Shown here: positions 1-8,502 of the stretch, piece by piece
Numbering within the stretch: position 1 is the first letter of the stretch
How the letters are laid out: each line of letters begins with the position of its first letter
Assembly: GCA_041481485.1 (NCBI GenBank)
Contig: JBGPBY010000001.1
Span: 1-59,833 of the forward strand
Length of the DNA: 59,833 nucleotides
Reading direction: 5' to 3'
Source: Terriglobia bacterium
GTDB lineage: Bacteria > Acidobacteriota > Terriglobia > 20CM-2-55-15
Notes under the pieces: generated by a model
What the model was told of the DNA's origin: nothing
The model's input: only the letters and a program-made list of their open reading frames with translations
Databases searched by the model: none
Position numbers and translations under genes: made by a program

Positions 1-425
1 ACATGTTTTATCCACGTCCGCCGGGCAATTCCGCAGTACTCAATTTTGAATGCCCGGGCTCCCAGCTTGTCAAAGAAGTCTGCGCTTTCTTCGTCAGATG
101 GCGAGGCGAACATTGCGATTTCCGCACGCCGGGCTTCCTGGAATACTGCTCGCAGGGAATCCAAAGATAATTCAGGATTCCGAAACTCGATTTGAAGCTT
201 CAGCCCCTGCCCGGCATATGTCCTGGCGGGATGCGTGTCCGCGACTCGTTCTATGTGAAACCCCTGAAACTTCACCGCATCGGCTCCCGCCCACTTCGCG
301 GCGCGAACCAGCGCGAGAGCCTGTTCCTTTGAACCGCCGTGGTTCAGCCCGGCTTCAGCAATCACATAGACGCGTTTGGGATCATTCCTGAGCAGTCCGG
401 AAATGTTTACTGAAGCCGCTTCCAT
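1..425 (-). CDS. NeuB/PseI/LegI-family nonulosonic (sialic-acid-like) acid synthase, N-terminal part; the gene runs off the left edge
   Basis: Reverse translation from the ATG at 425-423 gives MEAASVNISGLLRNDPKRVYVIAEAGLNHGGSKEQALALVRAAKWAGADAVKFQGF... This is the IAE.G.NH.G...A..L...A...GADAVKFQ N-terminus typical of NeuB-type synthases. It is absent from the ORF track because the window edge truncates it. Confidence 0.75.
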   Translation of the reverse strand, partial: MEAASVNISGLLRNDPKRVYVIAEAGLNHGGSKEQALALVRAAKWAGADAVKFQGFHIERVADTHPARTYAGQGLKLQIEFRNPELSLDSLRAVFQEARRAEIAMFASPSDEESADFFDKLGARAFKIEYCGIARRTWIKH

Positions 426-439
426 TACTCCCTCCAGTT

Positions 440-1012
440 TCAACCGATTCGGACGCGAGTTTGCTCCACCGTATCGTGACAGGACTCCAGTATTGGAGCG
501 ACGTCGCGTTCAAGAATTTCGCAGACGGAAGTCTGGATCAAATCCTCCTGCACCACATTCAACTGGCCGATGGCGGCTTCCAGACCATCCATCACCTCAG
601 GCGCTCCCATCCAGCCAAGGTTTCGCGACAACGCCATTAAGAGGACATGGATCGATTTCAAAGCCTGGATCAATTGAACCAAAGCCCCGGCCTCATCTCT
701 GCTCGCGAACTGGTGAACGATGCTTTGGGTGATTTCCAGAGCCAGAGCCAATTCAGAGTGCAATTCGGACAGATTTTCCCGGATCACATCACCAAGCTCA
801 TCGCATTCGATTTCGACAAATCCCATATCTTCGAGTGTGCCGGTCAACAGACGTGGCTGGCGGAAGTGCATTTCCTGGACGCCGTTCAGGCGCACACGAG
901 ATATGCAATGCCCTGGCTGTATTTGGTGGCTTTCTAGCCAGTCCAGAAGACCTTGCCAGCTTGAGATTTCGGCTGGCGGGTTGATTTTTGTTCCGTTAAG
1001 TTTCATTTCCAT
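440..1012 (-). CDS. hypothetical protein (ORF open to 1147; ATG at 1012 preferred)
   Basis: A 190-aa ORF with protein-like composition that ends 14 nt upstream of the NeuB-like start, so it is probably co-transcribed. The N-terminal ~45 aa (MKLNGTKI...RVRLNGVQ) resemble a small beta-grasp and the rest looks helical. I recognise no family. Confidence 0.5.
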   Translation of the reverse strand: MEMKLNGTKINPPAEISSWQGLLDWLESHQIQPGHCISRVRLNGVQEMHFRQPRLLTGTLEDMGFVEIECDELGDVIRENLSELHSELALALEITQSIVHQFASRDEAGALVQLIQALKSIHVLLMALSRNLGWMGAPEVMDGLEAAIGQLNVVQEDLIQTSVCEILERDVAPILESCHDTVEQTRVRIG

Positions 1013-1540
1013 ATGAAATCGATTGCTCCGTGAAACCATTGCGATCTTTGTTCGATGTCTCTCCGTCGTCCAACTTGGTGGACAAATACTTCGAAATACA
1101 ACTGGAAGCTCGGCATTCGATTCCCGGAAACTTGCCGTTCGACCCATAGTTCCGCGGCCTGAAATACCGTCAACGCGTTGACTTCCATGTGTGCTCTGCT
1201 TTCTGATCGGATCTCAAGGCAAAATCGGAAAATGCGTTTTGATCATGACAATTCAAAGTGTTAAAGGGAAATCTCAAGAAGACTTCCGAGCTCTCGGATG
1301 ACCAGCGATTAGCCAAATTTATGACATTCTCCCAACGCGGTCCCAATGTAATCCCTTTCGATCTCAGTAATTTGCACACGGAAAGCTGACGAGTCCCGCG
1401 GTCTAAAAGCACTTGCCGGACCAAAGAATTGAATCGGATTCTGACCTAAAGGTTCCTCAGTTCGGATTCGATGTAGAGATGTGCGCGGCAGAGTCGCGCG
1501 GTCAAGAGCCCAGGTCGGCTCAAACTAAGGAGAGGTTGTT

Positions 1541-1885
1541 TTGAACGGAACTCAGATTTTAAATGCGCTGGAACGAGAGCGTACGCTTCTCAGGGAATTC
1601 CGCAGACTCTCTGAACAACAATTGGTATTGATGGAATCTGAAAACCTGGAAGCGGTAAACCGGTTGTTGGACCGCAGGGAAGACCTAATGCTCGAGCTCT
1701 CTGCCGTGGAAGCAACCCTGGGTACATGGATCGAACAAATCCGGTCCAATCCGACGATTTCAACCGCCGTGCTGCGCGAGCTCCGCACCATCAATGACGA
1801 TATTGTTCAGCTGGCGAATCAGGTTGTCGAGATCGACGAGAAAAGCCATTCACGTCTGGATCACTTAAAATTTCGTAAGCACTGA
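1541..1885 (+). CDS. FlgN-like flagellar export chaperone family protein (tentative)
   Basis: TTG start 8 nt after AAGGAG (1527-1532). The 114-aa all-helical protein has an L/E/R-rich heptad pattern (LNALERERTLLREFRRLSEQQLVLMESENLEAVNRLLDRREDL) resembling FlgN. It sits next to csrA-fliW. Confidence 0.5.
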   Translation: MNGTQILNALERERTLLREFRRLSEQQLVLMESENLEAVNRLLDRREDLMLELSAVEATLGTWIEQIRSNPTISTAVLRELRTINDDIVQLANQVVEIDEKSHSRLDHLKFRKH

Positions 1886-1939
1886 AACCTGAAAGCGGCA
1901 GAAGTTTGAAGGCGAGTCTCCAGGACTATGCCAGAAGGA

Positions 1940-2212
1940 TTATTCCGATTCTTTTGTTGAACTGGAATTTGTGGTTTCCGGACTCAGCACCTTCGTCAGT
2001 GCATCCATCGTTTCCTTATCGGGTATCTGCGACTGGGTCGCAGATATGTTTTCCTTCTTGATCGCCTCATAAATTTCGTAGCGATAGATGGAAATGTGAG
2101 ATGGAGCCTTAATCCCCAGGCGGACGTTATCGCGCCCGATCCGGAGGACCTGAATTTCTATCTCATTCCCGATAATTAGTTTTTCGTCTTTTTTACGGGT
2201 AACAACGAGCAT
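1940..2212 (-). CDS. csrA: carbon storage regulator CsrA (FliW-partnered type with C-terminal extension)
   Basis: MLVVTRKKDEKLIIGNEIEIQVLRIGRDNVRLGIKAPSHISIYRYEIYEAI matches the CsrA hallmark sequence. Confidence 0.9.
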   Translation of the reverse strand: MLVVTRKKDEKLIIGNEIEIQVLRIGRDNVRLGIKAPSHISIYRYEIYEAIKKENISATQSQIPDKETMDALTKVLSPETTNSSSTKESE

Positions 2213-2319
2213 GCCAAGGCCTCCGCGTTCCTTGCTGGCTGATGTTGCACTTTAGATCATATTCGAGACTTTTGAAAGCACAAGCAAGGTTTTCTTTCGA
2301 ATTTAGCGGGGGAAATCCT

Positions 2320-2763
2320 TTAGATCATCTGGACAGTTTTATGCAGAGGCTGGCGGGGAGAAAGGGCAACATCCGAAAGAATCACCTGACGGCCAATCAT
2401 TTTGGCGTAGTTTATGATGATCGGCGCCTGAAAGTTTCCGGTGCTGGATTCGGGTGTTGGACCAATGGAACAGATCACAACGGACATCCGGGCTGCCGGA
2501 TCCTCGAGTCCCAGAGCCTCCCATTCCCGCTCCGGAATATGGGAAAGAAAGTCTTTGACGACGAATCTGGGATCCAGGACCATGAATGAAAGATCCGCCC
2601 GGTCCGTGCTTTGCAGGCGCCGGAATGGCGCGATTCCGTCGCTTCCCAGGAAGACAAAACTCTTGCAGTCGCTGAAGCCGATCAATCCCTCTTCGAACAG
2701 GAGAATCGAATCTTCGGAATATGGACCAGTCTCAATTTTCTTATCCATCGCTTCGACGTTCAT
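2320..2763 (-). CDS. fliW: flagellar assembly factor FliW
   Basis: 147 aa, directly upstream of csrA on the same strand. FEEGLIGFSDCKSFVFL...FMVLDP...NFQAPIIIN is the typical FliW pattern. Confidence 0.85.
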   Translation of the reverse strand: MNVEAMDKKIETGPYSEDSILLFEEGLIGFSDCKSFVFLGSDGIAPFRRLQSTDRADLSFMVLDPRFVVKDFLSHIPEREWEALGLEDPAARMSVVICSIGPTPESSTGNFQAPIIINYAKMIGRQVILSDVALSPRQPLHKTVQMI

Positions 2764-2849
2764 CCTTCGATACCTCTTATCGATTTTTTTTCGCTGTTCA
2801 TTAGGACCGCCTATGTAAAATGGCTGCCGTTCGAAGCCGGTCGTTATTT

Positions 2850-4364
2850 ATGAAGATCTTGATCACAACAATGCTGGTGCTCTCGATTTGCAGCCCGCTT
2901 TTTGCGGCCGCTCCCTGCGACAGTCTGAAGTCCCTGAATTTGCCCAATACCAAAGTCACGATGGCCAGCATCGTGAATGCAGGATCGTTCAAGGCGCCAC
3001 GTGCCAAGACCGCGCCCCCACGTCCGCCGGCGGGAACACCTGTCGTGAATCCATTTGAGAAAGTACCGGCATTTTGCCGTATTGCGGCGACCCTGCAACC
3101 CAGCAGCGATTCCCACATCCGGATTGAAGTCTGGCTGCCGTTGATGGGTTGGAATGAGAAGCTAATTTCCGTTGGCAACGGCGGCTGGGCTGGCTCGATA
3201 AGCTATAACGATATGGCACCACCGCTTTCTTCTGGCTATGCCGTGGCCAGTACGGACACCGGACACAGCGGATCGAATGGCGGTTTCGTGAAAGACCATC
3301 CCGAACAGGTGATCGATTTCTCCTATCGGGCGATCCATGAGATGACGAAGGCGGCGAAATCCATCATCGCGGCCTTTTATGAACGCGGTCCCGTTCTGTC
3401 CTATTTCAGCGGATGTTCCACCGGAGGGCGCCAGGCGCTGACGGAGGCGGAACGATATCCTCTCGACTACGATGGGATCGTCGCTGGTGCCGCCGCGGTG
3501 AACAGCAGCCGGCTTCATGCGACGCAAATCTGGTTGGCCCAGCAGGCGAACCGCGACAAGTCCAGTGTGATCCCGGACGACAAACTTAAGGTCCTTCACG
3601 AGGCTGTTATTGGCGCATGTGATTCACTCGACGGTGTAACCGATCGCGTGATCAACGATCCGCGGCAATGCAAGTTTGAACCAGCGGTCCTGCTTTGCAA
3701 AGGCGCGGACACCCCAACGTGTCTGACAGCGTCCCAGGTGGAAACTGCCAAACGCGTCTTTGCCGGACCAGGGGTTTTTCCGGGACTGGAACCCGGAAGT
3801 GAAGGAAGTTGGGGTGGCCGCAACGGAGTGTTGACCACGCCGGTGGGAATTGCTTACGACGAATATCGCTACTTTGTGTTTCAGGGCAAAAAATGGGAAT
3901 ACGAAACACTGAATATCGAACGCGATATTCCTCTGTTTGACAAAGCGATCGGTTCCATCATGAATTCAAGTGACACCAATTTGAAGCCGTATTTCGATCA
4001 TGGTGGAAAGCTGCTGATGTATCACGGGTGGGCAGATCCTGGAATTCCGCCAGGGAACAGCCTTCAATTTTATTCGGACGTCACAAAAAACATTGGGGAC
4101 GCGGCGAAAGCCGCAAATTCTATTCGTCTCTTCATGTTGCCTGGAGTGGGACACTGCCGCGGCGGAGACGGGCCATCCAGTTTCGATGCGATCGGCGCCA
4201 TCGATCAGTGGAGAGCGGCGAACAAGCCGCCCGCATCCATTGTGGCTTCTCTCAAGAAAGACGGAAAAACGGAACGCACGCGGCCGCTTTGCCCTTACCC
4301 GCAATCCGCACAGTATCTGGGTTCGGGCAGCCCCAACGACGCGGCAAACTTTGTGTGCAGGTAA
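2850..4364 (+). CDS. tannase/feruloyl esterase family alpha/beta hydrolase, secreted
   Basis: Signal peptide MKILITTMLVLSICSPLFAAAP from the ATG at 2850 (ORF open from 2820). FSGCSTGGRQAL nucleophile motif and GHCRGG near the C-terminus, as in the tannase/feruloyl esterase family. Confidence 0.85.
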   Translation: MKILITTMLVLSICSPLFAAAPCDSLKSLNLPNTKVTMASIVNAGSFKAPRAKTAPPRPPAGTPVVNPFEKVPAFCRIAATLQPSSDSHIRIEVWLPLMGWNEKLISVGNGGWAGSISYNDMAPPLSSGYAVASTDTGHSGSNGGFVKDHPEQVIDFSYRAIHEMTKAAKSIIAAFYERGPVLSYFSGCSTGGRQALTEAERYPLDYDGIVAGAAAVNSSRLHATQIWLAQQANRDKSSVIPDDKLKVLHEAVIGACDSLDGVTDRVINDPRQCKFEPAVLLCKGADTPTCLTASQVETAKRVFAGPGVFPGLEPGSEGSWGGRNGVLTTPVGIAYDEYRYFVFQGKKWEYETLNIERDIPLFDKAIGSIMNSSDTNLKPYFDHGGKLLMYHGWADPGIPPGNSLQFYSDVTKNIGDAAKAANSIRLFMLPGVGHCRGGDGPSSFDAIGAIDQWRAANKPPASIVASLKKDGKTERTRPLCPYPQSAQYLGSGSPNDAANFVCR

Positions 4365-4374
4365 GCTGGCCGGC

Positions 4375-4842
4375 TTATCCGCCAATGGAATCCAGATCGT
4401 CCATTAGAGCCTTCCGATCATCGGCTTCTTCTACCTGATGTACGAGCCGATAGGCGTTTGCCAGATGGCTGGCCATGAGTTCCTTGTTGCCGGAAAGTTT
4501 TTCGGCCCGTGCCAAAGCTTCATAGGCGTAACCGAGAAAGAATGGTTCTTCCTGGCGGCTGTGTTTCAGGCAAAGCTCCCCGTAACGTCGAGCGTCTTCG
4601 ACTCTTCCAATGAGCGCGTAAACTCTTGAGGCTTGCCAATAGCCGATGGAGAGGTTGGTCCTCTTGCAGTCTTCCCGCTGAGTCCAATGCCAGATCGAAG
4701 CCTGAGTCAAACGAATCATTTCTTCGTTTTCTTCCGCAGTGCGCTCAGGCTTGTCAATCAACTCCCAGGCTTTGTTGAAACAGGTGACCGCAAAATAACG
4801 GTGGGCTTTACTCTTATCAAATTCAGGTTCCGCTTTCGACAT
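4375..4842 (-). CDS. conserved hypothetical helical (TPR-like) protein
   Basis: A 155-aa ORF with good coding character and helical-repeat-like composition (YWQASRVYALIGRVEDARRYGELCL, AYEALARAEKLSG). It lies 50 nt downstream of the small DHp gene on the same strand. Confidence 0.7.
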   Translation of the reverse strand: MSKAEPEFDKSKAHRYFAVTCFNKAWELIDKPERTAEENEEMIRLTQASIWHWTQREDCKRTNLSIGYWQASRVYALIGRVEDARRYGELCLKHSRQEEPFFLGYAYEALARAEKLSGNKELMASHLANAYRLVHQVEEADDRKALMDDLDSIGG

Positions 4843-4892
4843 TTTGGATCTCTCCCAATGCGTTTTCTGTGATTTGAAGTTTTGTTCGTCCC

Positions 4893-5096
4893 TTATCGAA
4901 CGTATCGATCGGAGATCTTCTGTAATAGTTCCCGAACTTCGAGTGTCTTCTCTTCGATAATGCGCGTACGCTCGGCAGCTTTGGGTGAGAGTTGCTCGAG
5001 TTGAAGCAACTCCGACAGCGCGAGAATCACGCCCACACGATTATTGAGATCATGCAACCACTGCCTCAATTCCTGAAGATCGATCTCGTCGGCCAT
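4893..5096 (-). CDS. stand-alone histidine-kinase DHp (HisKA-like H-box) domain protein, 67 aa
   Basis: LRQWLHDLNNRVGVILALSELL is an H-box of the HDxNNxL type. There is no sensor or ATPase domain, and the ORF is flanked by stops. Confidence 0.6.
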   Translation of the reverse strand: MADEIDLQELRQWLHDLNNRVGVILALSELLQLEQLSPKAAERTRIIEEKTLEVRELLQKISDRYVR

Positions 5097-5113
5097 GCCC
5101 CGCTACTGTAGCA

Positions 5114-5129
5114 CGCCGAAGCCTAGCCA
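5114..5129 (-). promoter_or_regulatory. weak sigma54-like -24/-12 element upstream of the DHp gene
   Basis: The minus strand reads TGGCTAGGCTTCGGCG. The GG (5128-5127) and GC (5116-5115) have the canonical 10-nt spacing, but the -12 region is CGGC instead of TTGC. It lies about 18 nt before the ATG at 5096. Confidence 0.25.
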
Positions 5130-5194
5130 AAATTCTGACGTTGAACTCCCGGCAACCCGCGCCGCCGGGAGACAAATCGCACGAGTCAATTACG

Positions 5195-5222
5195 TTGAAA
5201 ACTCTGGAACCTTATCTATAAT
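5195..5222 (+). promoter_or_regulatory. sigma70-type promoter for the NtrC-family gene
   Basis: TTGAAA (5195-5200), a 16-nt spacer, then TATAAT (5217-5222). GGAGGA follows at 5239-5244 and the GTG start at 5250. Confidence 0.45.
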
Positions 5223-5249
5223 AGGGAACCTTTTGGCTCGGAGGATCAG

Positions 5250-6746
5250 GTGGATGTAAATCGAGAACATATTCTGGTGGTGGACGATGAAGCGGAACTT
5301 CGCCAGGCAATTGTCGAAACTTTGACGCTGGAAGGTTTTGATGTCGTAGGAGTCTCTTCCGCCGAGGAGGCATCGGAAAAGCTTTTTCAGGCGGCCTATG
5401 ATGTTTTGATTACCGATCATAACCTGCCCGGAAAATCCGGAGTGGATCTGCTCGAGGATACGCTGATGCGTTTTCCTGAAACGATCGGAATTGTCATTAC
5501 CGGATACGGAACCATCGAGACCGCCGTCCAGGCCATCAAACGAGGCGCCTACGACTATCTTGCAAAGCCGTTCAAGCTTGTCGAACTGCCGCTCATGGTT
5601 CGAAAAGGTTTGAAGGAGCGCCGTCTTCGATTTGAAAACCAATACCTTCGCAGTCAGCTCCGAGACAAATATTCCTTTGGCAATATTGTCGGAAGCAGCC
5701 GTTCGATGCATCGAATCTTCCAGCTGATCGAAACGGTTGCGTCGCTGACCAGCACCATCCTGATTCAGGGGGAAACCGGAACCGGCAAGGAGCTGATCGC
5801 CAAGGCGATCCATTTCAACAGTCCGCGTAAAGAGCAGAGGATGGTGAGCATCAACTGCGGAGCAATTCCGGAAAATCTGCTGGAATCTGAACTGTTCGGG
5901 CATGTAAAGGGAGCATTCACCAGCGCAGTCGCGACCCGGATAGGCCGGTTTGAACTCGCCAATGGCGGCACACTGTTTCTCGACGAAATTGGAAACATGC
6001 CGCAAACGCTTCAGGTGAAGCTGCTGCGCGTGTTGCAGGAACGAGAGTTCGAGCGGGTCGGCGGCAACAACACCATTAAATTGGATGTCCGTGTTATTGC
6101 CGCTACCAGCTCCAACCTGCAACAAATGGTGAAAGACGGAACATTCCGCGAAGACCTTTTCTATCGCTTAAACGTCATCCCGATCGAGCTTCCGCCGCTT
6201 CGCGAGCGCCGGGAAGATATTCCCCTTCTGGTCCAGAAGTTCATCAGCCATTTCTGCGAAACACACAAATTAGATGACAAGATCATGTCTCCCCAGGTCA
6301 TGCGGGCATTGATGTACTATGACTGGCCCGGAAATGTCCGCCAATTGGAGAACATCTCCGAGCGCATGGTGGCGCTTACCGGAAACCGCAATGCCATATT
6401 GCCAGTGGATTTACCGGTGGAAATTCAGAGCCGGGATGCGGCCACGTATGTTCCCATGATTGAAATTCCGGAAGAGGGCATCAATCTCCAGAACGTCGTC
6501 ACCGACATGGAGCGGGAATTGATCAGTCAAAGCCTTCGACGAACCAACGGAAACAAAAAGCTCGCAGCAAAACTGTTGAACCTGAAGCGGACGACGCTCA
6601 TCGAAAAAATCAAAAGAATTGGCCTGTTGGAGTCTCCGGGAACGGCCGCAGGGGTTGGGAATTCCGGCAACGACTCGCATGAAGTGCCCAGGCACGATGC
6701 TGCAAAAGACGAACATGCGAAGTCTGCAAGAGGGAATGGGCGTTAG
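5250..6746 (+). CDS. sigma54-dependent NtrC-family response regulator (REC + AAA+ + Fis-type HTH)
   Basis: REC domain (ILVVDDE...[12 protein letters not shown]). AAA+ domain with [30 protein letters not shown] (a GAFTSA variant of the GAFTGA loop) and [11 protein letters not shown]-terminal HTH: [23 protein letters not shown]. Confidence 0.9.
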   Translation: MDVNREHILVVDDEAELRQAIVETLTLEGFDVVGVSSAEEASEKLFQAAYDVLITDHNLPGKSGVDLLEDTLMRFPETIGIVITGYGTIETAVQAIKRGAYDYLAKPFKLVELPLMVRKGLKERRLRFENQYLRSQLRDKYSFGNIVGSSRSMHRIFQLIETVASLTSTILIQGETGTGKELIAKAIHFNSPRKEQRMVSINCGAIPENLLESELFGHVKGAFTSAVATRIGRFELANGGTLFLDEIGNMPQTLQVKLLRVLQEREFERVGGNNTIKLDVRVIAATSSNLQQMVKDGTFREDLFYRLNVIPIELPPLRERREDIPLLVQKFISHFCETHKLDDKIMSPQVMRALMYYDWPGNVRQLENISERMVALTGNRNAILPVDLPVEIQSRDAATYVPMIEIPEEGINLQNVVTDMERELISQSLRRTNGNKKLAAKLLNLKRTTLIEKIKRIGLLESPGTAAGVGNSGNDSHEVPRHDAAKDEHAKSARGNGR

Positions 6747-6776
6747 CGGGACTTGAATAAATTCAAATTGTGCGAC

Positions 6777-6856
6777 TGTAGGGGCGGTCCGTGACCGCCC
6801 ACAATTCGCAGGATTGCAGACCTCTCAATTGTGGGCGGTCATAGACCGCCCCTACA
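6777..6856. repeat. repeat family A, full 80-bp double-hairpin unit (copy A1)
   Basis: TGTAGGGGCGGTCCGTGACCGCCCACAATT, a 20-nt spacer, then AATTGTGGGCGGTCATAGACCGCCCCTACA. It sits between the convergent stops at 6746 and 6919. The architecture matches 31137-31216. Confidence 0.85.
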
Positions 6857-6918
6857 ATTGGAATTGCATCCGCATTCCGTCGGGAGAGGGATAGGACCGC
6901 GGACTACAGCTTCTGGCT

Positions 6919-7944
6919 CTACTGCGCCGCTGCGCTAACCGTTGTTGCGGGATAGTATCCGGTCCGGTATCGAACTTCCGCCTTCGGCTGATCGACCTTC
7001 ACTTCAAGCTTTCTGTAAGACATATTGCTGTTTTTTGAAGGATAGTAGCTCAGCAGGTACTGCTGGTGGAGCTCTTCCAATAGCAACCGTGCCAGATTGT
7101 CGAGGGCATAGTTTTTGCCAGTAAACAGGCGGAATACGCGCCCACCGCTGATGGTGGCGAGTTCATTCAGCATGTAGTGGTAGATGTGATACATGGGCTG
7201 CACGACGACGACCGATTGGTTTTCATCGTCATCGATACCGATCGAGTAGACTTCAACGTCAGTGTGCTTCAGATTCTCTGAGATCTGGGACAGCGTGAGC
7301 TTGCTTCGCGAATCGAATCCATCGGAAATCAAGATCATGATTTTCTTCGCATTGTGCGCGGACCTCATTTCGCCAATGCCGGTTTGAAGCGCGTCATATA
7401 CAGATGTGTCTCCGCTGGTGCGAATTCCCTGAAGCGCGCGTTCGATCAATAACGGATTGCTGGTCATACGTTGCCGCATGTCGACGTCGGAATTGAATGT
7501 AACCAGGAACATTTCATCCTGAGGTGACAATGCGAGGGACAGCTCACGAGCGGTCTGCAGCGCCTGCTGCAGCTTGTGCCTCATGCTGCCGCTGATATCC
7601 ACGAGTACACCAAGGCTGACAGGAATCCGGCGGTCGTGGGAAAAGAACGATACTTTTTGTTCAACACCATCTTCGAATACCTGAAAGTCCTCCTGTTTCA
7701 GGCCATCGACATACGTCCCTGTCTCATCCAACACCGTTGCCGTGACGTTCACCAGCTGAACGCTGGCTGAAAGCTGAAAGTCAGTAGGGGGAGGCGGCGT
7801 CTGATTTGCCGGGGGACCGGAGTTCGGCGAAGGAAGCGGCGGCGCGGCCTGGCGGACTGGCGGCGCCTGCGCGATAAGCAGACCGGTACAGATCACGAAA
7901 GTGACGATTGCCGTTCCCAGCCAGGAACGCGTGTTTTTTGTCAT
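6919..7944 (-). CDS. VWA (von Willebrand factor A) domain protein, acidobacterial VWFA-related type, secreted
   Basis: MIDAS motif VLVDISGSM. Signal/anchor segment WLGTAIVTFVICTGLLIAQA followed by a Pro-rich linker. The ATG at 7944 lies 9 nt after GGGAGA; the ORF is open to 7953. Confidence 0.85.
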   Translation of the reverse strand: MTKNTRSWLGTAIVTFVICTGLLIAQAPPVRQAAPPLPSPNSGPPANQTPPPPTDFQLSASVQLVNVTATVLDETGTYVDGLKQEDFQVFEDGVEQKVSFFSHDRRIPVSLGVLVDISGSMRHKLQQALQTARELSLALSPQDEMFLVTFNSDVDMRQRMTSNPLLIERALQGIRTSGDTSVYDALQTGIGEMRSAHNAKKIMILISDGFDSRSKLTLSQISENLKHTDVEVYSIGIDDDENQSVVVVQPMYHIYHYMLNELATISGGRVFRLFTGKNYALDNLARLLLEELHQQYLLSYYPSKNSNMSYRKLEVKVDQPKAEVRYRTGYYPATTVSAAAQ

Positions 7945-8028
7945 GGCTACCATTCTCCCGTCTTAGGATTACTGGTGATGTGGCCCCCGATTGTATAGCG
8001 GCTTACGAAAAAATCTCGCTAAAAACTA

Positions 8029-8439
8029 TTAGTGTCCCTCCCGAACGGCGTTTCGATTCCACAATGGAATCTCCACGACAAGGTCTTTAGTTCCATCTGG
8101 AACGCTCTGGCAGGACAGTCTGCTATTTGGAGTCAGGCCTGGCGCAAACGACAACTCATCTTCTTCGGACTCGATCATTTCCGAAATGGTCTCCCCTCCC
8201 GATCGCACGATGCAGTGGCAGGTGGAACATGCACAAACCCCGCCACACGAGTGCTCGATCTCGATTCCATTCGAAAGGGCGATATCCAGAATGCTCCCAG
8301 GTAGGCCGGTGACGCCGTAAGGGATCTTTTCCGGATCCACGTCCACGGTGACGTTCATGGGCAGGAAGGTAATCTTGAATGGTTGTGTTGCGGGCTTCGG
8401 CTCGGCCTCCCGCGCGATATATGGATTGGTGCCTCCCAT
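8029..8439 (-). CDS. 2Fe-2S ferredoxin (adrenodoxin/ISC Fdx type)
   Basis: Cys ligand pattern EHSCGGVCACSTCHC ... SRLSCQ. Confidence 0.85.
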   Translation of the reverse strand: MGGTNPYIAREAEPKPATQPFKITFLPMNVTVDVDPEKIPYGVTGLPGSILDIALSNGIEIEHSCGGVCACSTCHCIVRSGGETISEMIESEEDELSFAPGLTPNSRLSCQSVPDGTKDLVVEIPLWNRNAVREGH

Positions 8440-8502
8440 ACCCTCATGTTATTTCAAATAGGATCTATACTTATCGCTTATTTATTGCCTCAAGGAGTCA
8501 TC

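Noticed and set aside
1170-1424. 84-aa TTG-initiated ORF in the gap upstream of the FlgN-like gene
   Set aside because: It has no RBS, an odd composition and a rare start codon. I treat the region as non-coding.
1447-1474. Possible FliA (sigma28) promoter: TAAAGGTT ... TTCGATGT upstream of the FlgN-like gene
   Set aside because: Only the TAAA and CGAT cores match, and the spacing is 16 nt instead of 15. This is too weak to call without TSS data.
3214-3229. TGGCAC-N5-CTTT resembling a sigma54 -24/-12 element
   Set aside because: It lies inside the tannase-family coding sequence, the -12 GC is missing and no downstream gene start is present.
5146-5171. GC-rich hairpin CTCCCGGC-N10-GCCGGGAG as an intrinsic terminator
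   Set aside because: There is no U-tract on either strand, and it sits between two divergent gene starts. If it is anything, it is more plausibly a protein-binding palindrome.
5190-6125. 311-aa ORF antisense to the NtrC-family gene
   Set aside because: It lies wholly inside, and opposite to, a gene with unmistakable REC/AAA+ motifs. Its translation has no recognisable motifs. It is a typical shadow ORF of GC-rich coding DNA.
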